This document shows positions 1 to 7,939 of a DNA stretch of 11,281 bases, piece by piece (position 1 is the stretch's first letter; every line of letters starts with the position of its first letter). This DNA is from Fonticula alba ATCC 38817. Taxonomy: Eukaryota > Protista > Nucleariida. Where the stretch lies: assembly GCA_000388065.2 (NCBI GenBank), contig KB932228.1; one strand, 5' to 3'. Under the pieces are notes generated by a model that saw only the letters and a list, made by a program, of their open reading frames with translations, was not told the DNA's origin and searched no databases. Made by a program: the position numbers and the translations under genes.

Positions 1-321
1 CGGGTCCGGGCAGCACCACATCCCGCACCATGGCCCTGGCACTCGGACCGCGGCGTCGGTTATGGAGCCCGGCGGCCACAAGAAAGAGCCCCCGGGGGCG
101 CGGCACCGCCGCTCGGGTCCGGCTACACCCCCCCCCCCCCGATGCTGGGCATGGCGCCCGACCGGTGCCCGGCACCAGGGCCGGGGCTGCCCGGAGCCGA
201 GGTGGCCAGTCCCCCCCGCCCCCCCCGCGGCAGTGCTCCGGCCGAGGGGCGCGTGCCGGGCCGGCCCTCCTCCGCGCGGGTGGCCGTGGGCGTGGGAGCT
301 CAAGCACCCCCCGAGCTGGGG

Positions 322-490
322 GAAGACAACTGCACGGTGGCCGGGATGCTCCCTCGGCCGGCGGAGGCCGGATCTCGGTTCGGAGGGGCTGGGCCCGGCG
401 TCCTGGGCGCTCGGCGCGGCCGGGCTCGCGCCCGAGCACGTCGCAGCCCGCGGCGGCACCATGCCCAGCCCGAAGGGGCGCCCATCTCCC
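322..490 (+). pseudogene. Possible decayed DIRS-type RNase H fragment (relic D)
   Basis: EDNCTVAGML at 322-351 resembles the DIRS RNase H 'xDNxTVVxxI/L' acidic motif. About 45 codons later, in another frame, TMPSPKG weakly resembles 'WIPSxxN'. There is only one good motif, so support is weak. Confidence 0.3.
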
Positions 491-493
491 TGA

Positions 494-507
494 CGCGCGC
501 GCGCGCG
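494..507. repeat. (CG)7 microsatellite
   Basis: Seen directly; purine/pyrimidine alternation spans 493-512. Confidence 0.95.
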
Positions 508-867
508 CACACCCCGCACAGGCCCCCAGCGACCGCCGGATCCTCCCGTACCCGAGTGCCCGCCGGCCGGGCGGCGCGCCCGGGGGCTCGCGGCACCCGG
601 GCAGCTGAGAGCAGACAGCGACCCCATGCCGACCGGCAGGCGCGCCATCGGTACCATGCTCCCTGACATGTGCGAGCAAGCCGCGGACCGCACACGCCGC
701 CCCGGCCAGATGCCAACTCATGGTTCGACAACACACCTAAGCGATGCCCCGGCGCGCGCCGCGGCTCCCGGGGGGCGGGGGAGTATCGACAGTCCCCCCC
801 CCCCCCCCGTTCCCGCCCCCTCCCCCCGCCTTTCGCCCTCCCGCCCCTCGTCCCGCCTGCCCGGAGG

Positions 868-2094
868 ATGCCCCACGGCGACTCCGCTCCCCTGTTGGCT
901 CCCTGCCCAGGCCCGGCCATGGAGATACCGGTCCTCGGCCGCGAGGCGTCGGGCGCGCCCCCGCCCTATAGCCTCCGGCCCCCGGACTACAAATCCACCT
1001 ACGGCGCGCGGCCCGACGCGGACCCCGTCGTGACGCAGCCGGCCATGCTGGGCGTCGTCTACTCGCCGGAGTTCGAGTGCGACATCTGGGTCCCGGAGCG
1101 TGTGCCCTACACCAACTTCCAGGACTACATGACCTACTACCAGGCGGTACCCCGCGCCCTCTCGCGCCCCCCGTGCTCCTGCCCGCCTGCCCGAGAGCCG
1201 GTCTGACACGCCCCCCCTCCCCTCCCTGCCGGCGCCGGCTCCAAGCCGCTTCCCGTCCCGCCGGTCGTCCAAAACTACAACCCCAGGACGCCCATCGCCG
1301 CGGTACGCGCCTGCCCTGGCCGCCTGCGGCCGCCCCGCGCGCCCGAACCCCCTCCCCCTTCTGACCCCACGTCGGCCAACAGTGCATCCTCTTCCCGGCC
1401 GTCGGCCTGGGTTTCCTGTTCCTCGGCTTCTGTGCGTCCCCCGGCCGCGGTGCCGCCCTTTGCCGGCCGCCCCCCCCGCCCAGCCCGTTTAACGCCCGTG
1501 CCTGTCCGCCCCCGCCTCCCGCCCCCCGGTCTGCGCCCCCGCCCCGGTGGCCGCGCCCGGATCAGCCGGCACCGCGGCCGACCTGGCCATGCTCATCATC
1601 GGGACCATCACCATCGCAATCGGGCCTGCCCTCTCGTTGGTGCGTTTCCTGTGCGGGCGTGCTCCGGCCCGGGGCCCGGGGGCCGTCCGCCCCCCCCCCC
1701 CCCGCCGCGCTTCGCCCGGCACCATGCGCCTGCCTGCCCCTTCGCCACGTGCGCCCTCGTGGCCGGCCCCCGGCCGTGTCTCACCCCCCGATCCCTTCGC
1801 CCGGCCGCACGCCAGTACCTCTATGTCCAGATGTCCAAGGCCAGGGCGGCCTTCCGGCGGCGTGAGGCCCACGAGCAGGAGGCCCTGGCGCATGTTCAAG
1901 CCGGCCGCATGCCCCCCCTGCCGCCGGTGCCGGTGTGCAAGTTCTGCACCAGAGCCTGGGTCGGCTTCAACCGGTATACGGTGACCTGCGAGTGGTCGCG
2001 CCAGGTCGGCACCCCCCCGGTCTTGGCATGCATCAATACCCTGGGCCAGCAGCACCAGGACCTGGTCATGCACCTGCTGCGGCAGGCCCACTAG
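868..2094 (+). CDS. Spliced gene, join(868..1146,1246..1302,1383..1431,1566..1639,1816..2094): ~245-aa uncharacterised two-TM membrane protein with N-terminal dileucine and PPxY motifs
   Basis: Four GT-AG introns with recurring donors (GTACCC, GTACGC, GTGCGT x2) and CTGAC/TTAAC/CTCAC branch-like sites give phase-consistent joins (0,0,1,0) and one 738-nt frame ending at TAG 2092-2094. Exon codons are strongly C/G-ending (tac, ttc, gac, aac, atc). The product has DSAPLL, APPPY, RPPDY, two hydrophobic segments (IAACILFPAVGLGFLFLGF; LAMLIIGTITIAIGPALSLYLYV) and a Cys-containing C-terminal tail (CKFC...C...C). The start could alternatively be ATG 919 (gccATGG; 228 aa). Confidence 0.85.
1147..1245 (+). 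other. Intron 1 of the two-TM gene (99 nt)
   Basis: GTACCC donor at 1147, CTGAC at 1203-1207, and the first downstream AG is AAG 1243-1245. Removal restores the frame into PLPVPPVVQNYNPRTPIAA. Confidence 0.72.
1303..1382 (+). other. Intron 2 of the two-TM gene (80 nt)
   Basis: GTACGC donor, CTGAC 1361-1365, CAG acceptor. The next exon encodes the hydrophobic CILFPAVGLGFLFLGF. Confidence 0.85.
1432..1565 (+). other. Intron 3 of the two-TM gene (134 nt)
   Basis: GTGCGT donor (phase 1), TTAAC 1489-1493, CAG acceptor 1563-1565. It joins into SGTAADLAMLIIGTITIAIGPALSL. Confidence 0.8.
1640..1815 (+). other. Intron 4 of the two-TM gene (176 nt)
   Basis: GTGCGT donor, CTCAC 1780-1784, CAG acceptor 1813-1815; contains a C14 run. 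It joins in phase 0 to YLYVQMSKAR... Confidence 0.85.
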
Positions 2095-2229
2095 GGGGCG
2101 GGCAGCGGCCCCGGCCCGGCCCCGGGCCAGGCGCCTCGCGATGGTACATGCCCCCCCCCCGCCCTCCGGCGCCATGGGAGCGTGCGCTGCCGGCCGGTGC
2201 ACCGCCCCTTCCGCTTGGAGTCCTCCGCG

Positions 2230-2349
2230 TGCCTTCTCCGGGCCGGGCTCCTTGCTGCCCTTCCCGCGCCGTCGCCGTGCCAGCGCGAGGGCCCAAACGG
2301 CGAGGCCCTAGGTCGGTGGAAACATCCAGCGCCCGCCCGATCTTGCGTG
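2230..2349 (+). pseudogene. Tyrosine recombinase C-terminal fragment (relic C)
   Basis: CLLRAG...ALGRWKHPAPARSCV resembles the 'HSLRxG...LGRWxSxAxxxY' box of DIRS/Ngaro-type recombinases. R-to-W spacing is 26 codons, and Cys (tgc) sits 9 codons after W, at the nucleophilic Tyr position. Confidence 0.5.
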
Positions 2350-3311
2350 CCTGGGGCCACCCAACGGCAGCGGGTCGCGTCCGCCCCATGCCGCGCGCCC
2401 GGTGCGTCGCCGCGCCCACGGGCATCTGTCGACCCGGGCTTCCCGGCGCCTCGGGGTCGCCCTCGATGGGCGAGGGCCCTCGCCGGCCCCTGCTGCCGGC
2501 CGCCCCCCCCCCCGTACGACGTATCATGCCCGGGCGGGGGCTGGTTCTGGCTGGCCGGAGGAGCGTCTGCCTGCGTGGGTCAGTGACTGCCCTCCCCCCC
2601 GGGTCGCTTGGCCGTGCAATGGCGTGTGGCTTCTCCCATGCGCAGCCCCTCCAGCCCGGCGCATCAGGCGCGCGCGGCCAGCCCCTGGTCATGTACCCCT
2701 CCCCCCCCTCGGTCCGCGGCACGCCGCTCCCTCCCCATGGGCCGAGGCCCTCCCCCGCCTCGTCGTGCCGCCATGTCCCTTCCCCGCCAGGTGGAAGTGC
2801 GCGCAGGCACAAGACAACCTCCCCCCCTCTTTCCCCCGAAAAGACTCGCTTCCCGTCTCTGGTGTATGTTCAGATGCGCGCATGTCTATTTTCCGCGGCC
2901 CCGCACAGGGGGGTTTTGTGCCGCCGACGCCCGGCCCCGCCCGGCTCCGCCCGCGCGGTCCCGAAGAACGGCGGATGGTGCCGGGGGTGGCGCGCGAGCG
3001 CGTGCCCCACCCGCAGTGGGGCTCCCCGTGCGTCGGTCTGCTCATATACATGGCGCACCGCAGCGGCCGGGTCTCACAGTCTTCCCGGCCTCCTTGGCGG
3101 CTGCTCTCCCCCGCACCCGCGGGCCGACACATAGCGGGGGGAATTGGCGCTTCTCGGGGCCTGTGTGCACACCTCCGCCTCACATGGCACCCCCCGCCGG
3201 AGCGCGGGCATGGCGCCAAGGAGGAGGGCGAGAGGAAGAGCCACGGGGGCCCGGGCAGAGAGCATGTGCCCGCGGCGCGCGCCGGGCACGCAGGCCGACA
3301 GAGCGCGCACG

Positions 3312-3351
3312 GTGTGTGTGCGTGTGTGTGCGTGTGTGTGCGTGTGTGTGC
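3312..3351. repeat. (GTGTGTGTGC)4 perfect tandem repeat
   Basis: Four identical 10-nt units; 40 bp of strict purine/pyrimidine alternation, 68 nt beyond the stop codon of the - strand gene. Confidence 0.97.
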
Positions 3352-3418
3352 CTCGCCCGGGGGCAGGCCGCCATACCGTGGAGCGCGTGCCCCGCACGCC
3401 GGCAGACGCGCGGCCGGC

Positions 3419-3856
3419 TTACTTGCTGGCGTGCTCATCCTGGCTGATGAAGCGGCCCTGGGCATCGCGAGCCAGCTCGCCCTGGTGGTGGTGCTGGCCC
3501 GAGCTGGTGGCATGCTCGTCCTGGCTGACGAAGCGGCCCTGGGCATCGCGGTTCTGCTGGGCGTGGCCCTGGCCCTGGCGGCTGGTCGAGTGCTCCTCCT
3601 GGCTGGTGAAGCGGCCCTGGGCGTCGCGGTTCTGCTGCTCATGCCCGTGGCCGCCGCTGGCGTGCGCCGACCCGGTGCCCGAGTGGGAGCGCGTGCGCGA
3701 GTCCTGGGACCCCGGGCTGCGGCTGCCATGCGACTGGCTGCTGCTCGAGGCGGAGCTCGAGTGGTCGCGGCTGTGCGAGGTGCTCTGGCGCTGGTGCTCG
3801 GCCTCCTGGCCGCGACCGGGCGACTGGGTCTGGTTGGCGTTCTTGCGAGTGGACAT
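3419..3856 (-). CDS. 145-aa hydrophilin-like intrinsically disordered protein with three RDAQGRF repeats
   Basis: ATG in ccaccATG context, TAA stop, C/G-ending codons. Composition is dominated by S/Q/H/R/G with almost no hydrophobic residues. Internal repeats RDAQGRF[TVI]SQ[ED]EH have nucleotide periods of 78 and 81 nt (multiples of 3). Confidence 0.9.
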   Translation of the reverse strand: MSTRKNANQTQSPGRGQEAEHQRQSTSHSRDHSSSASSSSQSHGSRSPGSQDSRTRSHSGTGSAHASGGHGHEQQNRDAQGRFTSQEEHSTSRQGQGHAQQNRDAQGRFVSQDEHATSSGQHHHQGELARDAQGRFISQDEHASK

Positions 3857-3917
3857 GGTGGACGGGGTAGGGGCGAAGGGGCCGCGCGAGGGGGGCGTAG
3901 ACAGGGCGGGGGAGGGT

Positions 3918-4226
3918 CTGATGGCACACGGTGTCAGCACACTGCCCCTTTCCGCGGTCATGGGGCGACAAAACAGGCAGGCAGAAAAATGCAACCGCCG
4001 CCGCCCTGGGGGACTCCCTCCGCCGGGCCCGGTGCGCGCCACTGTCCGGCCGTGTGCTTGGCCATCGGCCGGCGCGCGCTCGCGGCCCCGGCCCGGGTCC
4101 GGCCTGCGGCCATGGCGCACGCCCGATCAGGCACAGGGGCGTCGCTCCGAGGCAGCCCTCGGCCGGGGCATGTGGAAGGCGGAAAGGGGCCCCCGGCAGG
4201 GGACCGCGGAGGAGGAGCAAACGCAC
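3918..4226 (-). other. Probable 5'-UTR intron of the RDAQGRF gene (309 nt)
   Basis: On the minus strand: GTGCGT donor at 4226-4221 (same as introns 3 and 4 of gene 1), CTGAC at 3937-3933, CAG at 3920-3918, 61 nt upstream of the ATG. Confidence 0.65.
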
Positions 4227-4308
4227 CGGAGAGACGGGGGACAGGAGGGACGGATGGCGGATGGCGTTGTCTGAAGAGCCCTCGGTACCTGGCCGCCAAA
4301 AGGGCCGG

Positions 4309-4316
4309 CTTTTATA
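4309..4316 (-). promoter_or_regulatory. TATA box (TATAAAAG) of the RDAQGRF gene
   Basis: The only consensus TATA element I saw, in a GC-rich background, correctly oriented ~85 nt upstream of the intron donor; implies a TSS near 4286. Tandem GGGCGG boxes at 4347-4359 lie just upstream, which is weak evidence at this GC content. Confidence 0.6.
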
Positions 4317-4450
4317 GGGCCGCAGCCTGCAGGCAGGTGCGGCCGGCCCCGCCCCGCCCGGCCGTGCGGCGGATGCCTGCCGGAGCTACTGCCCCGCCCG
4401 CCAGCGGGCTCCCCCCGGGCTCGGCATCGCGTTCGGTCACTCCCGGGTCC

Positions 4451-5201
4451 GGCCACCTGTGGGCTGTCCTGGCCCGGGGCTCCTCCCGCCGCCGGGTGCC
4501 GGCCTGCCTCGGCATCTGGCCGGCCGGAGCACGGGAGCGCGCCGGCCGCCGGCCATGTGCTCGTCCGGCGCCCCTGCCGCCGGCACCGGGCCGGCGCACA
4601 CCTACGGCACGGCTCCGTCGCGCCCGCGCGTGCTCCTCCCCCCGATATGCACACCCGGGACGCGCATGCCCCCGGTCACACCGATGGTGCTCGCCGCCCT
4701 GCAGCCTCCCTGGGCCGCCGGCATCCGGGCCCGGCAACACGCACCGGCTCAGGGCGGCGAGGCCCTTATCCGGGCCCACTCTCCCAGGCTAGGCCCTCCC
4801 CCCCCGCCTGGTCTTGGCACCTCGCAACACCAGCGCACCCACCAGCCCAGGGGCCCCAGTGGCCGAGAGACAGCGAGCAGGGGGAGGGGGGACGGGGGCG
4901 CATGACACCCCCCCCCCTCATCATACGAGCGTCGGCCCCCTCGCCCGGGCCCCCTCGCCCGGGCCCCCCCCGCAGGGCGCGAAGGCTGACGCCCGGCAAT
5001 CTTCCCGTCTGCTCTCCGGGCAAGGGGGCCCGATTGGCCCGAGCCCGCGCCCGGCCCGGTAAACATTGGCCCGCCTGTGTTCCCAAGGCAGCGTCCGCGC
5101 GTGTGGCACAGCCCTGCCGGCATGGCGCCCGACTAGCCCAAGCAGCAGGCCTCGTCATCCCCCCCCCGTCCTGCCCCTGCGTCCGGGGTCCGGGGGGATG
5201 G
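4451..5201 (+). mobile_element. Decayed DIRS-type RNase H + methyltransferase-like fragment (relic B)
   Basis: Motif-like strings occur in DIRS order: HLWAVL (4454) ~GWGAVL; GIW (4511) ~GxW; GHVLVR (4551) ~HVLVRSDN; AAGIR..HAP (4714-4746); PLSQ..WHL (4776-4823) ~LSR..WxL; LIIRAS (4917) ~IDRFAS; HW..VP..ARVAQPCR..GLVIP (5064-5162) ~W..FPP..RVLxKIR..LVxP. Frameshifted, with spacing wider than consensus. Confidence 0.45.
4937..4964. repeat. 14-bp tandem duplication (CCCCTCGCCCGGGC)2
   Basis: Two adjacent identical copies at 4937-4950 and 4951-4964. Confidence 0.9.
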
Positions 5202-5528
5202 TGACAACGCCGTGCAGCCGGGTCCCCGGCCTCCCCTCGAGGTGGTGGCCTGGCCAGCGCGTTGGGGCCCGGGGCCGGGTCGCGCCACCGCAGTCGGGCA
5301 CGGCGGCCGCCCCGGTCGGCCCGCCAGCCGCGGTTGGCCGGAGAGACCCGCCCGCCATGCCCGTTGGTCGGGCAGAGGCAGCGAGGGTGCTCCCGGGCCG
5401 GCTGGCTCCGGCTCGTCTCCCCCGGGGCCCAACTTTCTGGGCCGCGCGGCCTGCTCGCCCTCTCCCAGGGGATCTGGGCTTTTTCCTGGGGCCCCCCAGC
5501 GCGCGTGCCCTGCCTGCCGGCACGCCGG

Positions 5529-5582
5529 ATTAAACGCATCTAGGCCCCCTTGATCTAATTAACGTGTCATAGTGGAGTTAAT
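5529..5582. other. AT-rich island
   Basis: 33 of 54 nt are A/T. Contains three TTAA (5530, 5559, 5578) and is bounded by ATTAA...TTAAT. Function unknown. Confidence 0.8.
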
Positions 5583-6080
5583 GCCCGGCACCGGAGGGGG
5601 GCCCCCAGCCTGCGCTCCTCCGTCCCCGATGGGGGGACAGACGGGGGGCGGAGCTATGATCTACCGTGCCCCGGGGTCCGAGGGGAGGAGGGGGGCGGGG
5701 GTCGACAGTAGCTCCATCTGAGGTGGATTGTTTCGCCCGCGTACGACAAGGGCGGTCCCGGATGACCGCCGGGGCCCTCCCCGGGCCACGCCTTGTGGGG
5801 CGGGCCGGGGCGCCAGGGGGGCCTGGCGGCCCCAGCGCGTCCGGTCATCCGGGTGGACCGCCGCCATGCTCGCGAAGAACCCAAGGCACCGAGAGCCACT
5901 GCCCCCCCCTGGCCAAGAAAAAAAAAGCGCCCCGCTCAGCCGCACCTGTACAGGCCCGGCACGCGTCCCGCGCGCTGGGGGAGGACGCCCGTGCGCAGGG
6001 CGCCCCACAATCAGCGGCAAAAAAGGGGGCCCGGGGCGGGGGACATCATTCTGCCGCCGCTTCATCGGGGGCGCCCCCTG

Positions 6081-6100
6081 CCCCCCCCCCCCCCCCCCCC
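6081..6100. repeat. C20 homopolymer
   Basis: Seen directly; one of ten C runs of 10 nt or more on the + strand. Confidence 0.95.
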
Positions 6101-6186
6101 GGAAGAGGGGGTGCGACGCCGCGGACTATCTTCTCTTCACATCCGAGCATTGGCCCTCTCCCCGCAGCGAGTGTTTAACTTCCCGC

Positions 6187-6203
6187 CACACACACACACA
6201 CAC
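6187..6203. repeat. (CA)8 microsatellite
   Basis: Seen directly. Confidence 0.95.
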
Positions 6204-6672
6204 CTATGTACATGGGGCTGCGGGCCGCGCGCTCGCCGCCCGCACCAGGCCCTGCCCGGGCCATGCCGGCCCCCTCGAGGAGCTGATACCACGCCGAGGT
6301 GCAGCATGGCGGGTGGTCACGCGGGACTTCCGCCGTCCTCCCGGCGCCGGGGGGGATCCCTCGGCCGCGCCCGGAGACCCGCATCGAGGGGCGCGCCACG
6401 GGCGCCTCTTTGTCGGCCGCTCTCGGGCCTACGGCCACGATGGGGGCGCAGGCCCGCCTGAGGCGGCGCAAGATGATCGGGCACCCTTGGCGCAGGCGAC
6501 GAACGCACCACCCCCGGGGCAGAGGCGCCGGGGCCCCCCGAGGCGGGGACGCGGATCCGGGCGGCACTTTTGCCACCACGGGGCCTGGCTGCCAGCGGCG
6601 CCTGGCGGCACAGATCAACCGGCCCCGATGTCTGATGCGCCCCCATAACCATGTGGGATGCGTGGCTGTGTT

Positions 6673-6694
6673 CGCGCGCGCGCGCGCGCGCGCG
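6673..6694. repeat. (CG)11 microsatellite
   Basis: Perfect 22-nt CG alternation. Confidence 0.97.
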
Positions 6695-7200
6695 GCCGTG
6701 CCACAGGGGCGACCGGGGCGCGAGACGGGGCGGACTGCCCGGGCCCCGGTCTGGCGCCAGCAGCGCCGGGACATGGGGCCCCGTGCACGCCGTCGGGCCG
6801 ACGACATGCACCCTGCCCGCTGCCGGCCGGCGCCCATGCCCCCACATCCTCGGCCTGGGCCCTGCACTCAGGCCCTCCTCGCCCGGCGGCCGCACGGGCC
6901 GACCGCAGCACCGGCAGGGCAGGTCCCTTTCGTGAAGGACGGCGCCCGGGTCCCGGCCACCGAGGCCGGCCCCCGGTCGCGCGTCGCCCGCGGCTCGGGT
7001 ATCATGCCCCGGCGCCCGCCAAAGAGCGAAGTCCGCCAGGGCGGCTCCCGGCCAGATGCACTGCCCCCAGGCCGGCCTCCGGAGGGGGCGCACCACGGCC
7101 ATGTCCGACGGCGCGCGCTGGCCGCCACCATTTGACGTGCGCCCGGCCGGCAGATGCCCCCGGGGGGCCTGGTCCAGGCAAACACAAGCCCACACCGCTG

Positions 7201-7540
7201 CGGGGGGAGGCCCTCAAGTTATGCATCGGACCGCGCGATGCCGGGCCATCGGGCCGCCGTCCACTGCCAACAGCACCCGCCGGCCGACAGCCGGGGCCAG
7301 CGATGTCTCAAGGTAGTTCTAGATGTCCAGACTGCTGGTGCCAGTGCACGTGCTGCTCGGGAATGGTCACGCCACAGACCTGCGGGCGGCAGGGCGCGAT
7401 GCCGGCCGACATGCCGCCGGCCTCGCCAAGGGTCCCCCGGGCAGGCGTCGCGCCCGGGCATCCACCAAGCCGGTGGCCGCTCGACCGCGGAGACAGGGGG
7501 CACGCGTGTGTGTGTGTGTGCGCGGCCCCGGCCGACGGTG
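7201..7540 (+). pseudogene. Reverse transcriptase remnant
   Basis: GEALKLCIGPR (7204-7236) ~GKLRLCIDxR; VLDVQTA (7316-7336, shifted frame) ~xLDLKDA; AMPADMPPASPRV (7396-7434) ~AMPFGLxxSPRV; RGHACV.. followed by a (TG)7 run near where YxDD is expected. YxDD itself is absent. Confidence 0.55.
7507..7520. repeat. (TG)7 microsatellite
   Basis: Seen directly; lies within a longer purine/pyrimidine alternation at 7501-7524. Confidence 0.95.
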
Positions 7541-7939
7541 GCCCGGGGATGCCGTGTTGGGTGCGCCGTCGGGACCGCGCCGCCGGGCCGCCGCCCCCGC
7601 CGCCGGCCGGCGAACGCCGCTTGATGTGCCGCCGCCTCGCGAGTGTGCCTGCCCCAGGCGCGGCACCCCGCTCCCTCGCCCGCCCTCCTCTCGCTGCTCC
7701 TCCTTTGGCTCCCTCCCCCCCCCTTCCTGGCCTGCCTCCACGATGTCGGCTCATCGCCGACCGTTGTCCCCTCGGCCCTCTCAGCCCAGCCGTCTTGCCC
7801 TCAGTGCCCCGGTGGCTGGCCTCGGCGTGCCGGCACGCGGCATGGCCGGCTGCGAGCCCGGCGGGGCCCCCTTTCGCGCCCCTCCCCCCCAGCCCCCGGG
7901 CTGAGTGCGGCCGCCTCTCTTTGCCGGGGCTCGTCTCTC

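Noticed and set aside
201-240. Resemblance of 201-237 to the 31-bp minisatellite unit
   Set aside because: Similarity is mostly C runs plus short GC words; not distinguishable from chance.
490-608. Terminal exon of an upstream gene (CTGAC 490-494, CAG 519-521, APSDRRILPYPS...stop 608)
   Set aside because: The splice signals are plausible, but no matching upstream donor or exon could be established and the peptide is low-complexity; left unresolved.
919-1206. Stand-alone 95-aa PPxY protein or LITAF homologue
   Set aside because: The stop lies in a branch-point motif within an intron whose removal continues the frame into TM exons, and there is no LITAF CxxC...HxCxxC domain.
3857-4120. N-terminal extension of the RDAQGRF ORF to ATG 4120
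   Set aside because: It lies mostly in the predicted 5'-UTR intron; composition changes abruptly at the ccaccATG at 3856.
2402-4792. 796-aa ORF and the other long track ORFs (for example 6658-8364, 9767-11203, 9486-10670, 2689-3927)
   Set aside because: They are Pro/Arg/Gly/Ala-rich, run through microsatellites and poly-C tracts, and overlap real genes antisense or out of frame; expected from stop-codon scarcity at this GC content.
5583-5870. Known ncRNA (SRP, RNase P/MRP, snRNA, tRNA, rRNA)
   Set aside because: No diagnostic conserved sequence motifs were recognised here or elsewhere in the window.
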